From: Candidatus Methanoperedens sp. | Lineage (GTDB): Archaea > Halobacteriota > Methanosarcinia > Methanosarcinales > Methanoperedenaceae | Length of the DNA stretch: 32,000 nucleotides | Direction of reading: 5' to 3' | NCBI GenBank assembly: GCA_027460535.1 | Contig: JAPZAR010000006.1 | Location: 1-32,000 of the forward strand | Shown: piece after piece, positions 8,174 through 16,313 of the stretch | Numbering within the stretch: the first letter of the stretch is position 1 | Layout of the letters: each line of letters starts with the position of its first letter | The notes under the pieces: generated by a model | Databases searched by the model: none | What the model saw: only the letters and a program-made list of their open reading frames with translations | Told to the model about the DNA's origin: nothing | Translations under genes and position numbers: made by a program

Positions 8174-8425
8174 ATGGAATTTAAAGAAATAAATATACCG
8201 GGAGGTATCATCCAGCAAATTGATCGCGAAGGATTGTTTGCTGGCATCGCAGTTGATGCGGGAAATGGACCAGTTCCAGAGTTCATGAATTTTTTTCCCA
8301 AAGTAGTACTCGTCCATGACCGGTCTTCATGGAAGATGGTTGGGGAGATAGACATGGAAAGGGCAAGATATCTTCTAAGTACCGACGAAATGTTAGAAGA
8401 AATGCTGGGCAAAACCCAGGGGTAA
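8174..8425 (+). CDS. Small conserved hypothetical protein (PHA-locus small protein, paralog A1)
   Basis: 83 aa with a strong SD (GGAAGGTGA) 8 nt upstream. It is paralogous to the 11197-11436 product, sharing N-terminal ..Q(Q/E)ID.EG.F.. and C-terminal ..ERARYLLS.DEM.EEMLG. Confidence 0.6.
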   Translation: MEFKEINIPGGIIQQIDREGLFAGIAVDAGNGPVPEFMNFFPKVVLVHDRSSWKMVGEIDMERARYLLSTDEMLEEMLGKTQG

Positions 8426-8436
8426 GCTGGCTACTC

Positions 8437-8628
8437 ATGGATATATTTGATGTATTGACAGCAATTTCAAAAAGAAAGATGGCATTCATGCATGCAGGTG
8501 TGAACGAAAATGAAGCCTTGATCAAGGCTGAATTTTATGTATCTAAAGATTATCACATACCGTTGCTTGATATCAAAAAGTTGTTGGGAGTGAGATTTAT
8601 TCCCACTGGACTGGTTGAGAATAAATAA
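8437..8628 (+). CDS. Possible small ORF (63 aa), unknown function
   Basis: The ATG at 8437 begins MDIFDVLTAISKRK... This ORF fills the gap between the A1 gene and the first PhaE-module repeat gene. The ORF-track version (8329) would overlap A1, so I prefer the internal Met. I recognise no homology. Confidence 0.3.
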   Translation: MDIFDVLTAISKRKMAFMHAGVNENEALIKAEFYVSKDYHIPLLDIKKLLGVRFIPTGLVENK

Positions 8629-8667
8629 AGACCCCGTATACGGGGACTAAATAAAGAGATGAATAAT

Positions 8668-9780
8668 ATGGTTAAAAAAACTGAAGACAGAAAAGATATA
8701 CACGAAGAGAATAAGGATAGTTTCAAGACTTCCGAAGACAGCTACACAGCCGTTTCAAAAATGTGGGAGGATTCCTACTTAAAGCTATACAGGCCCTGGT
8801 TCGAGTCCACAGAAGCGCTGTTCGGGAAGGCGTTTGAACTCTCAAAAGATGCTGCACCTGAAAAATTTAAGGAATTTTATGATGAATGGATGAAAACGTC
8901 CCAGAACAGCTTCGGAAAATTTTATGAAATGCCGACCCTTGAATCCAATAAGGAAACATTTGAGAAACTCTTGAGTAGCGCAGATGAATCGAATAAAATC
9001 TATATGTTACGGATCGCCGAATTAGAGGAGAATTCCAGGGCTACCCGCGAAGTACTCCAGGGCGAAGCAGATCCTGCAAAATATAAAGAGGTCTATGAGA
9101 TGTGGATCAAGTCATATGGAAAAATGCTCGACGAGCTTCTTACTCTGCCATTGCGGCAAAATATGAAAGAGATCTTTGAGAACGTCACAGGCGTACCGGA
9201 TTTCTATTCAACATCATTTGAGCAGATATCAAAACTATGGAAAGATTCATACGCAAAGCTATACGTGCCGTATATCGACTCTATGCTGGAGCTTTCAGCG
9301 AAATCAGCAGAGATCTCCCGGGGGAATGCGAGCCCTGAAGCCTATAAGGAATTTTATACATTATGGATGGATACATATCAGGAGACCTATGGAAGGTTGT
9401 TTGATACCCAGTCCATGCGGCCTTCAAAGGAAGTTTTGGAGTATTTCGTACGGAGCGAAAACGTTAATCTGAACCTCTACAAGTCCTGGATAGCAACCCT
9501 TGAAAAAATGTCACAGAAAGCCAGGGAACTATCAGAAAAGAGCGCAGGTCCAGAGGCACATACGGAATTTTATAATCTCTGGGCACAAACATATGAAAAG
9601 GCACTTGCCAACATCTTTGAGAACACGCCCACATTCAGCCCGTTTAAAGAGATTATGGAGCCTGTAAAGAATGCGGCCAGGATATACGCAGATACATTTG
9701 CCAGCATATCCAATATATGGATGAAATCGGGTGTTCATTCAGCGTCAGCGTATCCGAGAAAGGGAAAGCATACAACATAA
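8668..9780 (+). CDS. PhaE-N-module tandem-repeat protein, paralog 1 (candidate phasin / PHA granule protein)
   Basis: It starts MVKKTE.. like its paralogs (the ORF-track start at 8659 is also possible). It carries four copies of the P-E/A-x-Y-K-E-F-Y-x-x-W-x-x-T-Y motif, which is also present in the adjacent PhaE. Confidence 0.8.
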   Translation: MVKKTEDRKDIHEENKDSFKTSEDSYTAVSKMWEDSYLKLYRPWFESTEALFGKAFELSKDAAPEKFKEFYDEWMKTSQNSFGKFYEMPTLESNKETFEKLLSSADESNKIYMLRIAELEENSRATREVLQGEADPAKYKEVYEMWIKSYGKMLDELLTLPLRQNMKEIFENVTGVPDFYSTSFEQISKLWKDSYAKLYVPYIDSMLELSAKSAEISRGNASPEAYKEFYTLWMDTYQETYGRLFDTQSMRPSKEVLEYFVRSENVNLNLYKSWIATLEKMSQKARELSEKSAGPEAHTEFYNLWAQTYEKALANIFENTPTFSPFKEIMEPVKNAARIYADTFASISNIWMKSGVHSASAYPRKGKHTT

Positions 9781-9849
9781 GCGAATCAGATGGTTTAAAT
9801 ATAAAATACCCCGTATTTAAATACTGGTATCGCAGCTCCACAAGTGCGG

Positions 9850-9884
9850 TTTAAGATTGGAAAAATCCAATCTTAAATTTTATT
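9850..9884 (+). terminator. Hairpin (TTTAAGATTGG / CCAATCTTAAA, 6-nt loop) followed by a T-rich tract; putative terminator after paralog 1
   Basis: An 11-bp perfect stem spans 9850-9860 and 9867-9877, followed by TTTTATT. Confidence 0.45.
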
Positions 9885-9914
9885 GTAAACCACATCTATC
9901 TCAATATTAATTTA

Positions 9915-9926
9915 ATGATTAATCAT
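9915..9926. promoter_or_regulatory. Second copy of the ATGATTAATCAT palindrome, with a partial third copy at 9929-9941 and a TATA-like TTATATATGATA at 9956-9967. This is the putative promoter/operator of paralog 2.
   Basis: Exact repeat of the 7970-7981 element, with the same ~40 bp spacing to the TATA-like box. Confidence 0.5.
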
Positions 9927-10080
9927 AATTTAATGATTAATATAGAAAAATAACTTTATATATGATAAAGAAGATGTAGGCATAGCTAAATCGGGTAGAT
10001 GCTGAATTTCGGGATCGTGGGGAAACCATCCATGATAGAACTGCCGGTTTAGATAAAATAAATTGGAGAAGGGAATTATT

Positions 10081-11169
10081 ATGGTCAAGAAAACTGAAGA
10101 AAAAAAATATATGAACGAAGAAAACAAGAATTTTTCCAAGACATGGGAAGACAACTATACGGCTGTTTCAAAAATGTGGGAGGATTCCTACTTAAAGCTA
10201 TACAGGCCCTGGTTCGAATCCACAGAAGCGCTGTTCGGGAAAGCGTTTGAACTCTCAAAAGATGCTGCACCTGAAAAATTTAAGGAATTTTATGATACAT
10301 GGGTGAAAACATACCAGAACAGCTTCGGAAAATTTTATGAAATCCCGACCCTGGAGTCCAACAAGGAAACATTTGAGAAACTCCTCATCAGCGCAGATGA
10401 ATCGAATAAAATCTACAGGTTACGGATCGCCGAATTAGAGGAGAATTCCAGGGCTACCCGCGAAGTACTCCAGGGCGAAGCAGATCCTGCAAAATATAAA
10501 GAAGTCTATGAGATGTGGATCAAATCATATGGAAAAATGCTCGACGAGCTTCTTACTCTGCCATTGCGGCAAAATATGAAAGAGATCTTTGAGAATGTCA
10601 CAGGCGTACCGGATTTCTATTCAACGACATTTGAGCAGATATCAAAACTATGGAAAGATTCATACGCAAAGCTATACGTGCCGTATATGGACTCTATGCT
10701 GGAGCTTTCAGAGAAATCAGCAGAAATCTCCCGGGGGAATGCGAGCCCTGAAGCCTATAAGGAATTTTATACATTATGGATGGATACTTATCAGGAGACC
10801 TATGGAAGGTTGTTTGATACCCAGTCCATGCGGCCTTCAAAGGAAGTTTTGGAGTATTTCGTACGGAGCGAAAACGTTAATCTGAACCTCTACAAGTCCT
10901 GGATAGCAACCCTTGAAAAACTGTCACAAAAAGCCAAGGAACTATCAGAAAAGAGCGCAGATCCAGAGGCACATACGGAATTTTATAATCTCTGGGCACA
11001 AACATATGAAAAGGCACTTGCCAACTTCTTTGAGAACACGCCCACATTCAGCCCGTTTAAAGAGATTATGGAGCCTGTAAAGAATGCGGCCAGGATATAC
11101 GCAGATACATTTACCAGCATGTCAAAGATCTGGATGAAATCGTACACCGCCTCCACAAGTGGGGCTTAA
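10081..11169 (+). CDS. PhaE-N-module tandem-repeat protein, paralog 2
   Basis: Starting at the ATG at 10081 gives MVKKTEEKK.., with GGAGAAGGG upstream (the ORF-track TTG at 10063 is less likely). It is collinear with paralog 1, has no indels over 1062 nt, and differs at only a few percent of positions. Confidence 0.8.
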   Translation: MVKKTEEKKYMNEENKNFSKTWEDNYTAVSKMWEDSYLKLYRPWFESTEALFGKAFELSKDAAPEKFKEFYDTWVKTYQNSFGKFYEIPTLESNKETFEKLLISADESNKIYRLRIAELEENSRATREVLQGEADPAKYKEVYEMWIKSYGKMLDELLTLPLRQNMKEIFENVTGVPDFYSTTFEQISKLWKDSYAKLYVPYMDSMLELSEKSAEISRGNASPEAYKEFYTLWMDTYQETYGRLFDTQSMRPSKEVLEYFVRSENVNLNLYKSWIATLEKLSQKAKELSEKSADPEAHTEFYNLWAQTYEKALANFFENTPTFSPFKEIMEPVKNAARIYADTFTSMSKIWMKSYTASTSGA

Positions 11170-11196
11170 GAATTCAAAAATCCAAAAAATTAGAAT

Positions 11197-11436
11197 ATGG
11201 AGCTTAATCATATGGATCCTGAAGAAATTGGCTCACCCAATATTATAGACGGTGCAGTCCAGGAAATTGACAACGAAGGTTCGTTTATTAACATTGTGGG
11301 ATATGGGAATTATAAATTTTCCAATATCCTCCAAGAAATAGAAGTATACGGAGATACGCCTTCCGATATGTTTATAGAAAGAGCGCGATACCTGCTGAGT
11401 GCAGATGAAATGATAGAAGAAATGCTGGGGATGTGA
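11197..11436 (+). CDS. Small conserved hypothetical protein (PHA-locus small protein, paralog A2)
   Basis: 79 aa that shares the ..EIDNEGSF.. and ..IERARYLLSADEMIEEMLG motifs with the 8174-8425 product. Its stop lies 6 nt before the paralog 3 start. Confidence 0.6.
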   Translation: MELNHMDPEEIGSPNIIDGAVQEIDNEGSFINIVGYGNYKFSNILQEIEVYGDTPSDMFIERARYLLSADEMIEEMLGM

Positions 11437-11442
11437 ATTATT

Positions 11443-12540
11443 ATGGTCAAGAGAACTGAAGAAAAAAAAGACGTGAATGAAGAGAAGATTTCCAAGACAT
11501 GGGTTGACAGTTATGAAGCAGTTTCAAAAATGTGGGAGGATTCTTACTTAAAGCTATACAAGCCCTGGATCGAATCCACAGGAGAGATGCTTGAGAAGAC
11601 ATCTATTCTCTCAAAAGAAGCTGCTCCACAGAAATACAGGGAATTCTATGATGAATGGATTAAAACATACCAGAATACCTTTGGTAAATTTTATCCAATC
11701 CCAACACTGAAATCCAATAAAGAAACGCTTGAAAAATTCCTCTCAAGCGCAGAGGATTCCAATAAACTCTACAGGTCGTGGATCGAAGAGTTAGAAGATA
11801 ATTCCAGCAAGACAAGAGAGATACTTTCGGGCAATCCAGATCCGGCAAAATATAAAGAATGCTATGATATATGGATGAAGACTTATGAAAAAATATTCGA
11901 TGAGCTTTTAGAACTGCCTGCTCAAGAAAGTACAGAAGAGATATTTGGGAATTACATGGGCATACCAGATATCTACTTAGGGAGCTTTTTGCAGATGTCA
12001 AAACTGTGGAAGAAGTCATACGCACAGCTTTGCGGGCCATTGAATGAATCCATGCTGAAACTTTCCGAGAAAATGGCAGAAATCTCTCGGGGAGATGCAG
12101 GCCCAGAAGCCTATATGGAATTTTATACCTTATGGATGGATACATATCAGGAAATCTATGGAAAGCATATCCAGTCCATGGAACCTTCCAAGGTAATGTT
12201 TGAGCATTTTGTTCAGAGCACCAATATTTATGTGAGCATGTACAAGTCCTGGATAGCTGCACTTGAAAAAATGTCAGAAAAGGCTAAGGAGCTGTCGAAA
12301 CAAACCTCTGATCCAGAGGCATATAAAGAATTCTATAATCTATGGGTAAAGATGTATGAAAAGGCTTTTGATAGCTTTTTTGAGGACATGCCTACAGTAG
12401 GAGGCCCTATGAAAGATATCATGGAGTCTGTAAAGGTCATGGCTAAGATTTACGCTGACACATTTACCAAGATGTCAAAGATGTGGGTAAAATCTGATTT
12501 CGGTTCGGCATCAGCATATCCGGGAAAGAATAAAAAATGA
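11443..12540 (+). CDS. PhaE-N-module tandem-repeat protein, paralog 3
   Basis: 365 aa. By eye it is clearly more diverged from paralogs 1 and 2 than they are from each other, but it has the same four-motif architecture. Its stop overlaps the phaE start (ATGA). Confidence 0.8.
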   Translation: MVKRTEEKKDVNEEKISKTWVDSYEAVSKMWEDSYLKLYKPWIESTGEMLEKTSILSKEAAPQKYREFYDEWIKTYQNTFGKFYPIPTLKSNKETLEKFLSSAEDSNKLYRSWIEELEDNSSKTREILSGNPDPAKYKECYDIWMKTYEKIFDELLELPAQESTEEIFGNYMGIPDIYLGSFLQMSKLWKKSYAQLCGPLNESMLKLSEKMAEISRGDAGPEAYMEFYTLWMDTYQEIYGKHIQSMEPSKVMFEHFVQSTNIYVSMYKSWIAALEKMSEKAKELSKQTSDPEAYKEFYNLWVKMYEKAFDSFFEDMPTVGGPMKDIMESVKVMAKIYADTFTKMSKMWVKSDFGSASAYPGKNKK

Positions 12541-13109
12541 GCGATTCAGACGGGTTAAATATGGGAAAATCAGGTTTTGAATCCACCCAGGAATTTTTTG
12601 ACCAGTGGTTAAAGGTATACAACGCCACCACAGGCAGGCTCGTAGAGATGCCTGCCCTGGGTCCAGCGCGTGAGAAATCTGAAAAAATGATGAAGGGTTT
12701 CTCTACCTTTGTTAACCTTTATGCCGCAGGGATGGATACCAGTTCTAATTTCCAGGTTGTATTCATGGAAGCAATGCGCAAAGTGCAGGAAAAGACAGCA
12801 ACCGATATGGAAGGGGAAATCAGTCCTGAGAAATGCAAAGATTTTTACAAGATCTGGATAGAGACGTATAGCGAGACTTTCAAGGAATTCTTGAAATCAG
12901 GCCACTTTGCGTCGGATATGGGGAAATTAAATTCGAATTTAATGGAATTTCAAAAATACAACAGGGAAATGCTTGAAGAGAATTATCTAAAACCCATGAA
13001 TCTCCCTACAAAGACGGAAATCGACGAGATCAACAAAGAGTTGTATTCCCTTAAGAAAACAGTAAAAGAACTGACCAGCCAGATCAGAGAACTAAAGGAG
13101 AAAAAATAG
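12537..13109 (+). CDS. phaE: Class III PHA synthase subunit PhaE (short archaeal form)
   Basis: 190 aa with ..MPALGPAREKSEK.. and the ..NLPTKTEIDEINKELYSLKK.. PhaE-box-like segments. It lies directly upstream of phaC. Confidence 0.8.
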   Translation: MSDSDGLNMGKSGFESTQEFFDQWLKVYNATTGRLVEMPALGPAREKSEKMMKGFSTFVNLYAAGMDTSSNFQVVFMEAMRKVQEKTATDMEGEISPEKCKDFYKIWIETYSETFKEFLKSGHFASDMGKLNSNLMEFQKYNREMLEENYLKPMNLPTKTEIDEINKELYSLKKTVKELTSQIRELKEKK

Positions 13110-13130
13110 GGATTTGGAGAAGGAGATGAC

Positions 13131-14321
13131 ATGAACGGACTTAATTTAATAGGAGATTATGAGAAATTCAAATGTGGAATGGAATTATTCCTGAAACCAC
13201 CCGAATTTTCGGTTGGAACAACGCCATCGAAGATCATTTATTCCGAAGATAAGATGAAACTTATCCATTATATCCCAGCTGTTGAAAAACCACATCAAGT
13301 TCCAATACTCATAGTGTATGCACTCGTGAACCGGTACTACATTCTGGATCTCCAACCAGATAAGAGTGTGATAAAGAAGCTTTTGGAAGAAGGTTTTGAT
13401 GTTTATGTCATTGACTGGGGATATCCATCGGGTGCAGACAGATACCTCACACTCGACGATTATGTGAACGGTTATATAAATAATGCTGTGGAAAAGATCA
13501 TAGAGCTTTCCAGGCAGGATAAGATTACGCTGCTGGGAGTATGTCAGGGTGGGACTCTTTCTGTGATGTATGCCGCACAGCATCCTGAAAAAGTAAAAAA
13601 TCTGGTTACTTTAGTGGCTCCTGTGGACTTTGATACTGATAAAGGGATGCTTCATCTCTGGGCAAAAAGCTTAGACGTGGATAAAATCGTGGACTACTAC
13701 GGAATAGTGCCCGGGGATTTCCTGAATGTCGGATTCCTGCTCACAGACCCATTCAGGCTTATGATCGATAAGTATGTAGGTCTGTTCGAACGGATCGAAT
13801 GCGAACCTGGAGATAAAGAAGGCGAGCTTCGAAATGAAGAGATTGTCAGGAATTTCCTTAGAATGGAGAAATGGATATTCGACAGTCCCGACCAGGCGGG
13901 GGAAACCTTCAGGCAGTTCATGAAAGACTGCTACCAGAAAAACCTTCTCATCAAGAATGAGATGAAGCTCAATGGTACGAAGATCAATTTGAAAAATATT
14001 ACCATGCCTTTGCTTAATGTCATGGCAGAATTCGACCACCTCGTTCCTAACGATGCAAGTAAGCCGTTGTCAAATGCGGTATCGAGTACAGATAAAGAGA
14101 CTCTGGTCTTCCCGACCGGTCATATAGGAATATTTGTGGGCTCAAAATCCCAGAAAGAGGTCTGTCCCAGGATCGCAGCGTGGTTGAAGCCCAGGTCTCT
14201 TTTCAATGGAAAAGGAGAAGAAAAGATTGAATCAGGAAACGAAGAGAAGCCTGAATTAGCCAAGGAAAAGACGCTTGAACAAAATAGAAGGAAGCGTAAA
14301 TCAAAGGTGAACAAAAAATGA
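13131..14321 (+). CDS. phaC: Class III PHA synthase catalytic subunit PhaC
   Basis: 396 aa with an alpha/beta-hydrolase fold, the lipase-box variant G-V-C-Q-G-G, and a C-terminal His motif (PTGHIGIFVG). It has a Lys/Glu-rich C-terminal tail. Its stop overlaps the phaB start. Confidence 0.85.
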   Translation: MNGLNLIGDYEKFKCGMELFLKPPEFSVGTTPSKIIYSEDKMKLIHYIPAVEKPHQVPILIVYALVNRYYILDLQPDKSVIKKLLEEGFDVYVIDWGYPSGADRYLTLDDYVNGYINNAVEKIIELSRQDKITLLGVCQGGTLSVMYAAQHPEKVKNLVTLVAPVDFDTDKGMLHLWAKSLDVDKIVDYYGIVPGDFLNVGFLLTDPFRLMIDKYVGLFERIECEPGDKEGELRNEEIVRNFLRMEKWIFDSPDQAGETFRQFMKDCYQKNLLIKNEMKLNGTKINLKNITMPLLNVMAEFDHLVPNDASKPLSNAVSSTDKETLVFPTGHIGIFVGSKSQKEVCPRIAAWLKPRSLFNGKGEEKIESGNEEKPELAKEKTLEQNRRKRKSKVNKK

Positions 14322-15055
14322 GACTTGAAAACAAAGTTGCAGTTATTACAGGAGCGGGAAGCGGTATTGGTAAAGAGACTGCGCTCCTGTTCGCAAAAGA
14401 AGGAGCCAAAGTTGTTGTAGCCGATATGAATGAAAGGGCTGGCGAGGAGACAGTAGAAGAGATCAAGAAAAATGGAGAGGGATTTTTTGTTAAATTAGAT
14501 GTATCCAACAGGGAACAAGCAAGACAGATGGTTAAAATCACTCTTGAAAAATATGGTAAAATAGACGTTTTGATAAATAATGCAGGCATTGTTCAGGATG
14601 CCTTTTTATCAAAAATGACTGAGGAACAGTGGGATAAGGTTATCAACGTCAATCTTAAAGGAGTTTTTAACTGCACCCAGGCTGTGGTTGAAGTCATGAT
14701 GAACCAGGGGAATGGTGTAATTATCAATACATCATCGATCGTAGGACTCAACGGCAATGTCGGCCAGGTCAATTATGCTGCAACAAAAGCCGGTCTGATA
14801 GGCATGACAAAGACCCTGGCAAAGGAACTCGGTAAAAAAGGGATACGGGTCAATGCTGTGGCGCCTGGGTTTATTACGACTCCTATGACCTCAAACGTAC
14901 CTGAAAAAATCCTTGAAATGATGAAAGAAAAAACTCCATTGCGCAGGCTGGGAGTAGCAAAGGATGTTGCCTATGCATATTTGTATCTGGCTTCGGATGA
15001 GGCAAACTTTATTAATGGGGCAGTGCTTTGTGTGGATGGCGGATTAGTAATTTAA
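14318..15055 (+). CDS. phaB: Acetoacetyl-CoA reductase / 3-oxoacyl reductase (SDR, FabG-like)
   Basis: 245 aa with TGAGSGIG, NNAG, and the S..Y...K catalytic pattern (YAATKAG). It sits between phaC and the thiolase gene. Confidence 0.8.
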   Translation: MRLENKVAVITGAGSGIGKETALLFAKEGAKVVVADMNERAGEETVEEIKKNGEGFFVKLDVSNREQARQMVKITLEKYGKIDVLINNAGIVQDAFLSKMTEEQWDKVINVNLKGVFNCTQAVVEVMMNQGNGVIINTSSIVGLNGNVGQVNYAATKAGLIGMTKTLAKELGKKGIRVNAVAPGFITTPMTSNVPEKILEMMKEKTPLRRLGVAKDVAYAYLYLASDEANFINGAVLCVDGGLVI

Positions 15056-15067
15056 TGACCCCAAAGA

Positions 15068-15085
15068 CCCTGAATTAATTCAGGG
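15068..15085. promoter_or_regulatory. Second copy of the 18-bp palindrome CCCTGAATTAATTCAGGG, in the phaB-phaA intergenic region
   Basis: Identical to 8135-8152. It lies 12 nt after the phaB stop and 44 nt before the phaA ATG. Confidence 0.55.
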
Positions 15086-15129
15086 GCCTTTCGAGGGACT
15101 ATCAGAGGATTAAATAAAATGGTGAAAAA

Positions 15130-16308
15130 ATGAATAATGTAGTTATTGTGTCGGCAACAAGAACTGCAGTGGGGAAATTCGGGGGAAGTTTGAAGGATTT
15201 CACCCCCGGACAACTTGGCTCGGTAGTGTTGAAAGATGCCCTTAAAAGGGGTAATGTTGAATCAAATGACGTTGATGAGGTAATCCTGGGAAATGTTCTT
15301 TCAGCAGGTCATGGCCAGAACGTGGCAAGACAGGCTGCGATCTGGGCGGGGATTCCAAAAGAGGTCCCTTCCTTTTGCGTTAATAAAGTGTGCGGCTCGG
15401 GCTTGAAATCGGTTGTTCTAGGTGCTCAAGCCATCATGCTGGGTGATGCGGATGTCGTCCTTGCAGGCGGCATGGAGTCCATGTCAACAGCCCCGTACGC
15501 GTTGAAAAAAAACCGGTGGGGAGCGAAGATGGGGAACGATGAAGTCGTGGATTTGATGATACATGATGGATTATGGGATATTTTCAACAATTATCATATG
15601 GGTGTAACAGCGGAGAACGTAGCAGAAAAATATAATGTTACACGGGACGACCAGGATGAATTCTCGGCAAAAAGCCAGAATAAGGCAGAAGCTGCAATCA
15701 AGGCTGGTAAGTTTAAAGATGAGATAGTCCCGATAGCAGTTCCCCAGCCAAAAGGCGAGCCCGTTCTCTTTGATACAGATGAATTCCCCAGGTTCGGCAC
15801 AACAAAAGAGACACTTGCAAAGCTAAAACCAGCATTTAAAAAGGATGGGACAGTAACTGCGGGCAATGCTTCAGGAATTAACGATGGAGCTGCTGCGGTT
15901 CTTCTTATGTCTGAAGAAAAGGCAAAAGACAAAGGGCTTGTGCCCCTGGCATCCATCAAAAGCTATGGATTATGTGGAGTTCCTCCTGAACTGATGGGTC
16001 TTGGTCCTATTTGTGCGACCAAGAGAGCCATAGAACGTGCTGGTATTGCTGCAGGCAAACTGGACGTGCTAGAACTCAATGAAGCCTTTGCATCACAGAG
16101 TATAGCAGTTAGCAGGGAACTGGGATTGAATCCTGACAGGGTTAATGTTAACGGCGGCGCTATAGCCCTCGGGCATCCCATAGGAGCCAGCGGCACAAGG
16201 ATACTGGTCACACTCCTGCACGAATTAGCAAGAAGGAAAGGCACCTACGGCCTTGCAACCCTCTGTATTGGAGGAGGGCAGGGTATCGCCATGGTGGTAA
16301 AGAGATAG
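15130..16308 (+). CDS. phaA: Acetyl-CoA acetyltransferase (bacterial-type thiolase II)
   Basis: 392 aa with the ..[10 protein letters not shown].. active-site Cys, ..[12 protein letters not shown].., ..[15 protein letters not shown].. and ..CIGGGQG... Confidence 0.9.
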   Translation: MNNVVIVSATRTAVGKFGGSLKDFTPGQLGSVVLKDALKRGNVESNDVDEVILGNVLSAGHGQNVARQAAIWAGIPKEVPSFCVNKVCGSGLKSVVLGAQAIMLGDADVVLAGGMESMSTAPYALKKNRWGAKMGNDEVVDLMIHDGLWDIFNNYHMGVTAENVAEKYNVTRDDQDEFSAKSQNKAEAAIKAGKFKDEIVPIAVPQPKGEPVLFDTDEFPRFGTTKETLAKLKPAFKKDGTVTAGNASGINDGAAAVLLMSEEKAKDKGLVPLASIKSYGLCGVPPELMGLGPICATKRAIERAGIAAGKLDVLELNEAFASQSIAVSRELGLNPDRVNVNGGAIALGHPIGASGTRILVTLLHELARRKGTYGLATLCIGGGQGIAMVVKR

Positions 16309-16313
16309 ATAAT

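Larger units (their letters stand above)
8668..11142 (+). repeat. Recent tandem gene duplication: unit 8668-9729 versus 10081-11142
   Basis: By eye, the two 1062-nt segments are near-identical from about codon 30 onward. Confidence 0.85.

Noticed and set aside
8329-8436. N-terminal extension of the 8329-8628 ORF
   Set aside because: It would overlap the 3' third of the better-supported A1 gene in another frame. I kept only the portion from the Met at 8437, as a low-confidence ORF.
9176-9472. A 98-aa alternate-frame ORF conserved at 9176-9472 and 10589-10885
   Set aside because: The conservation is explained by the near-identical tandem duplication of the host genes. It is not evidence of an overlapping gene.
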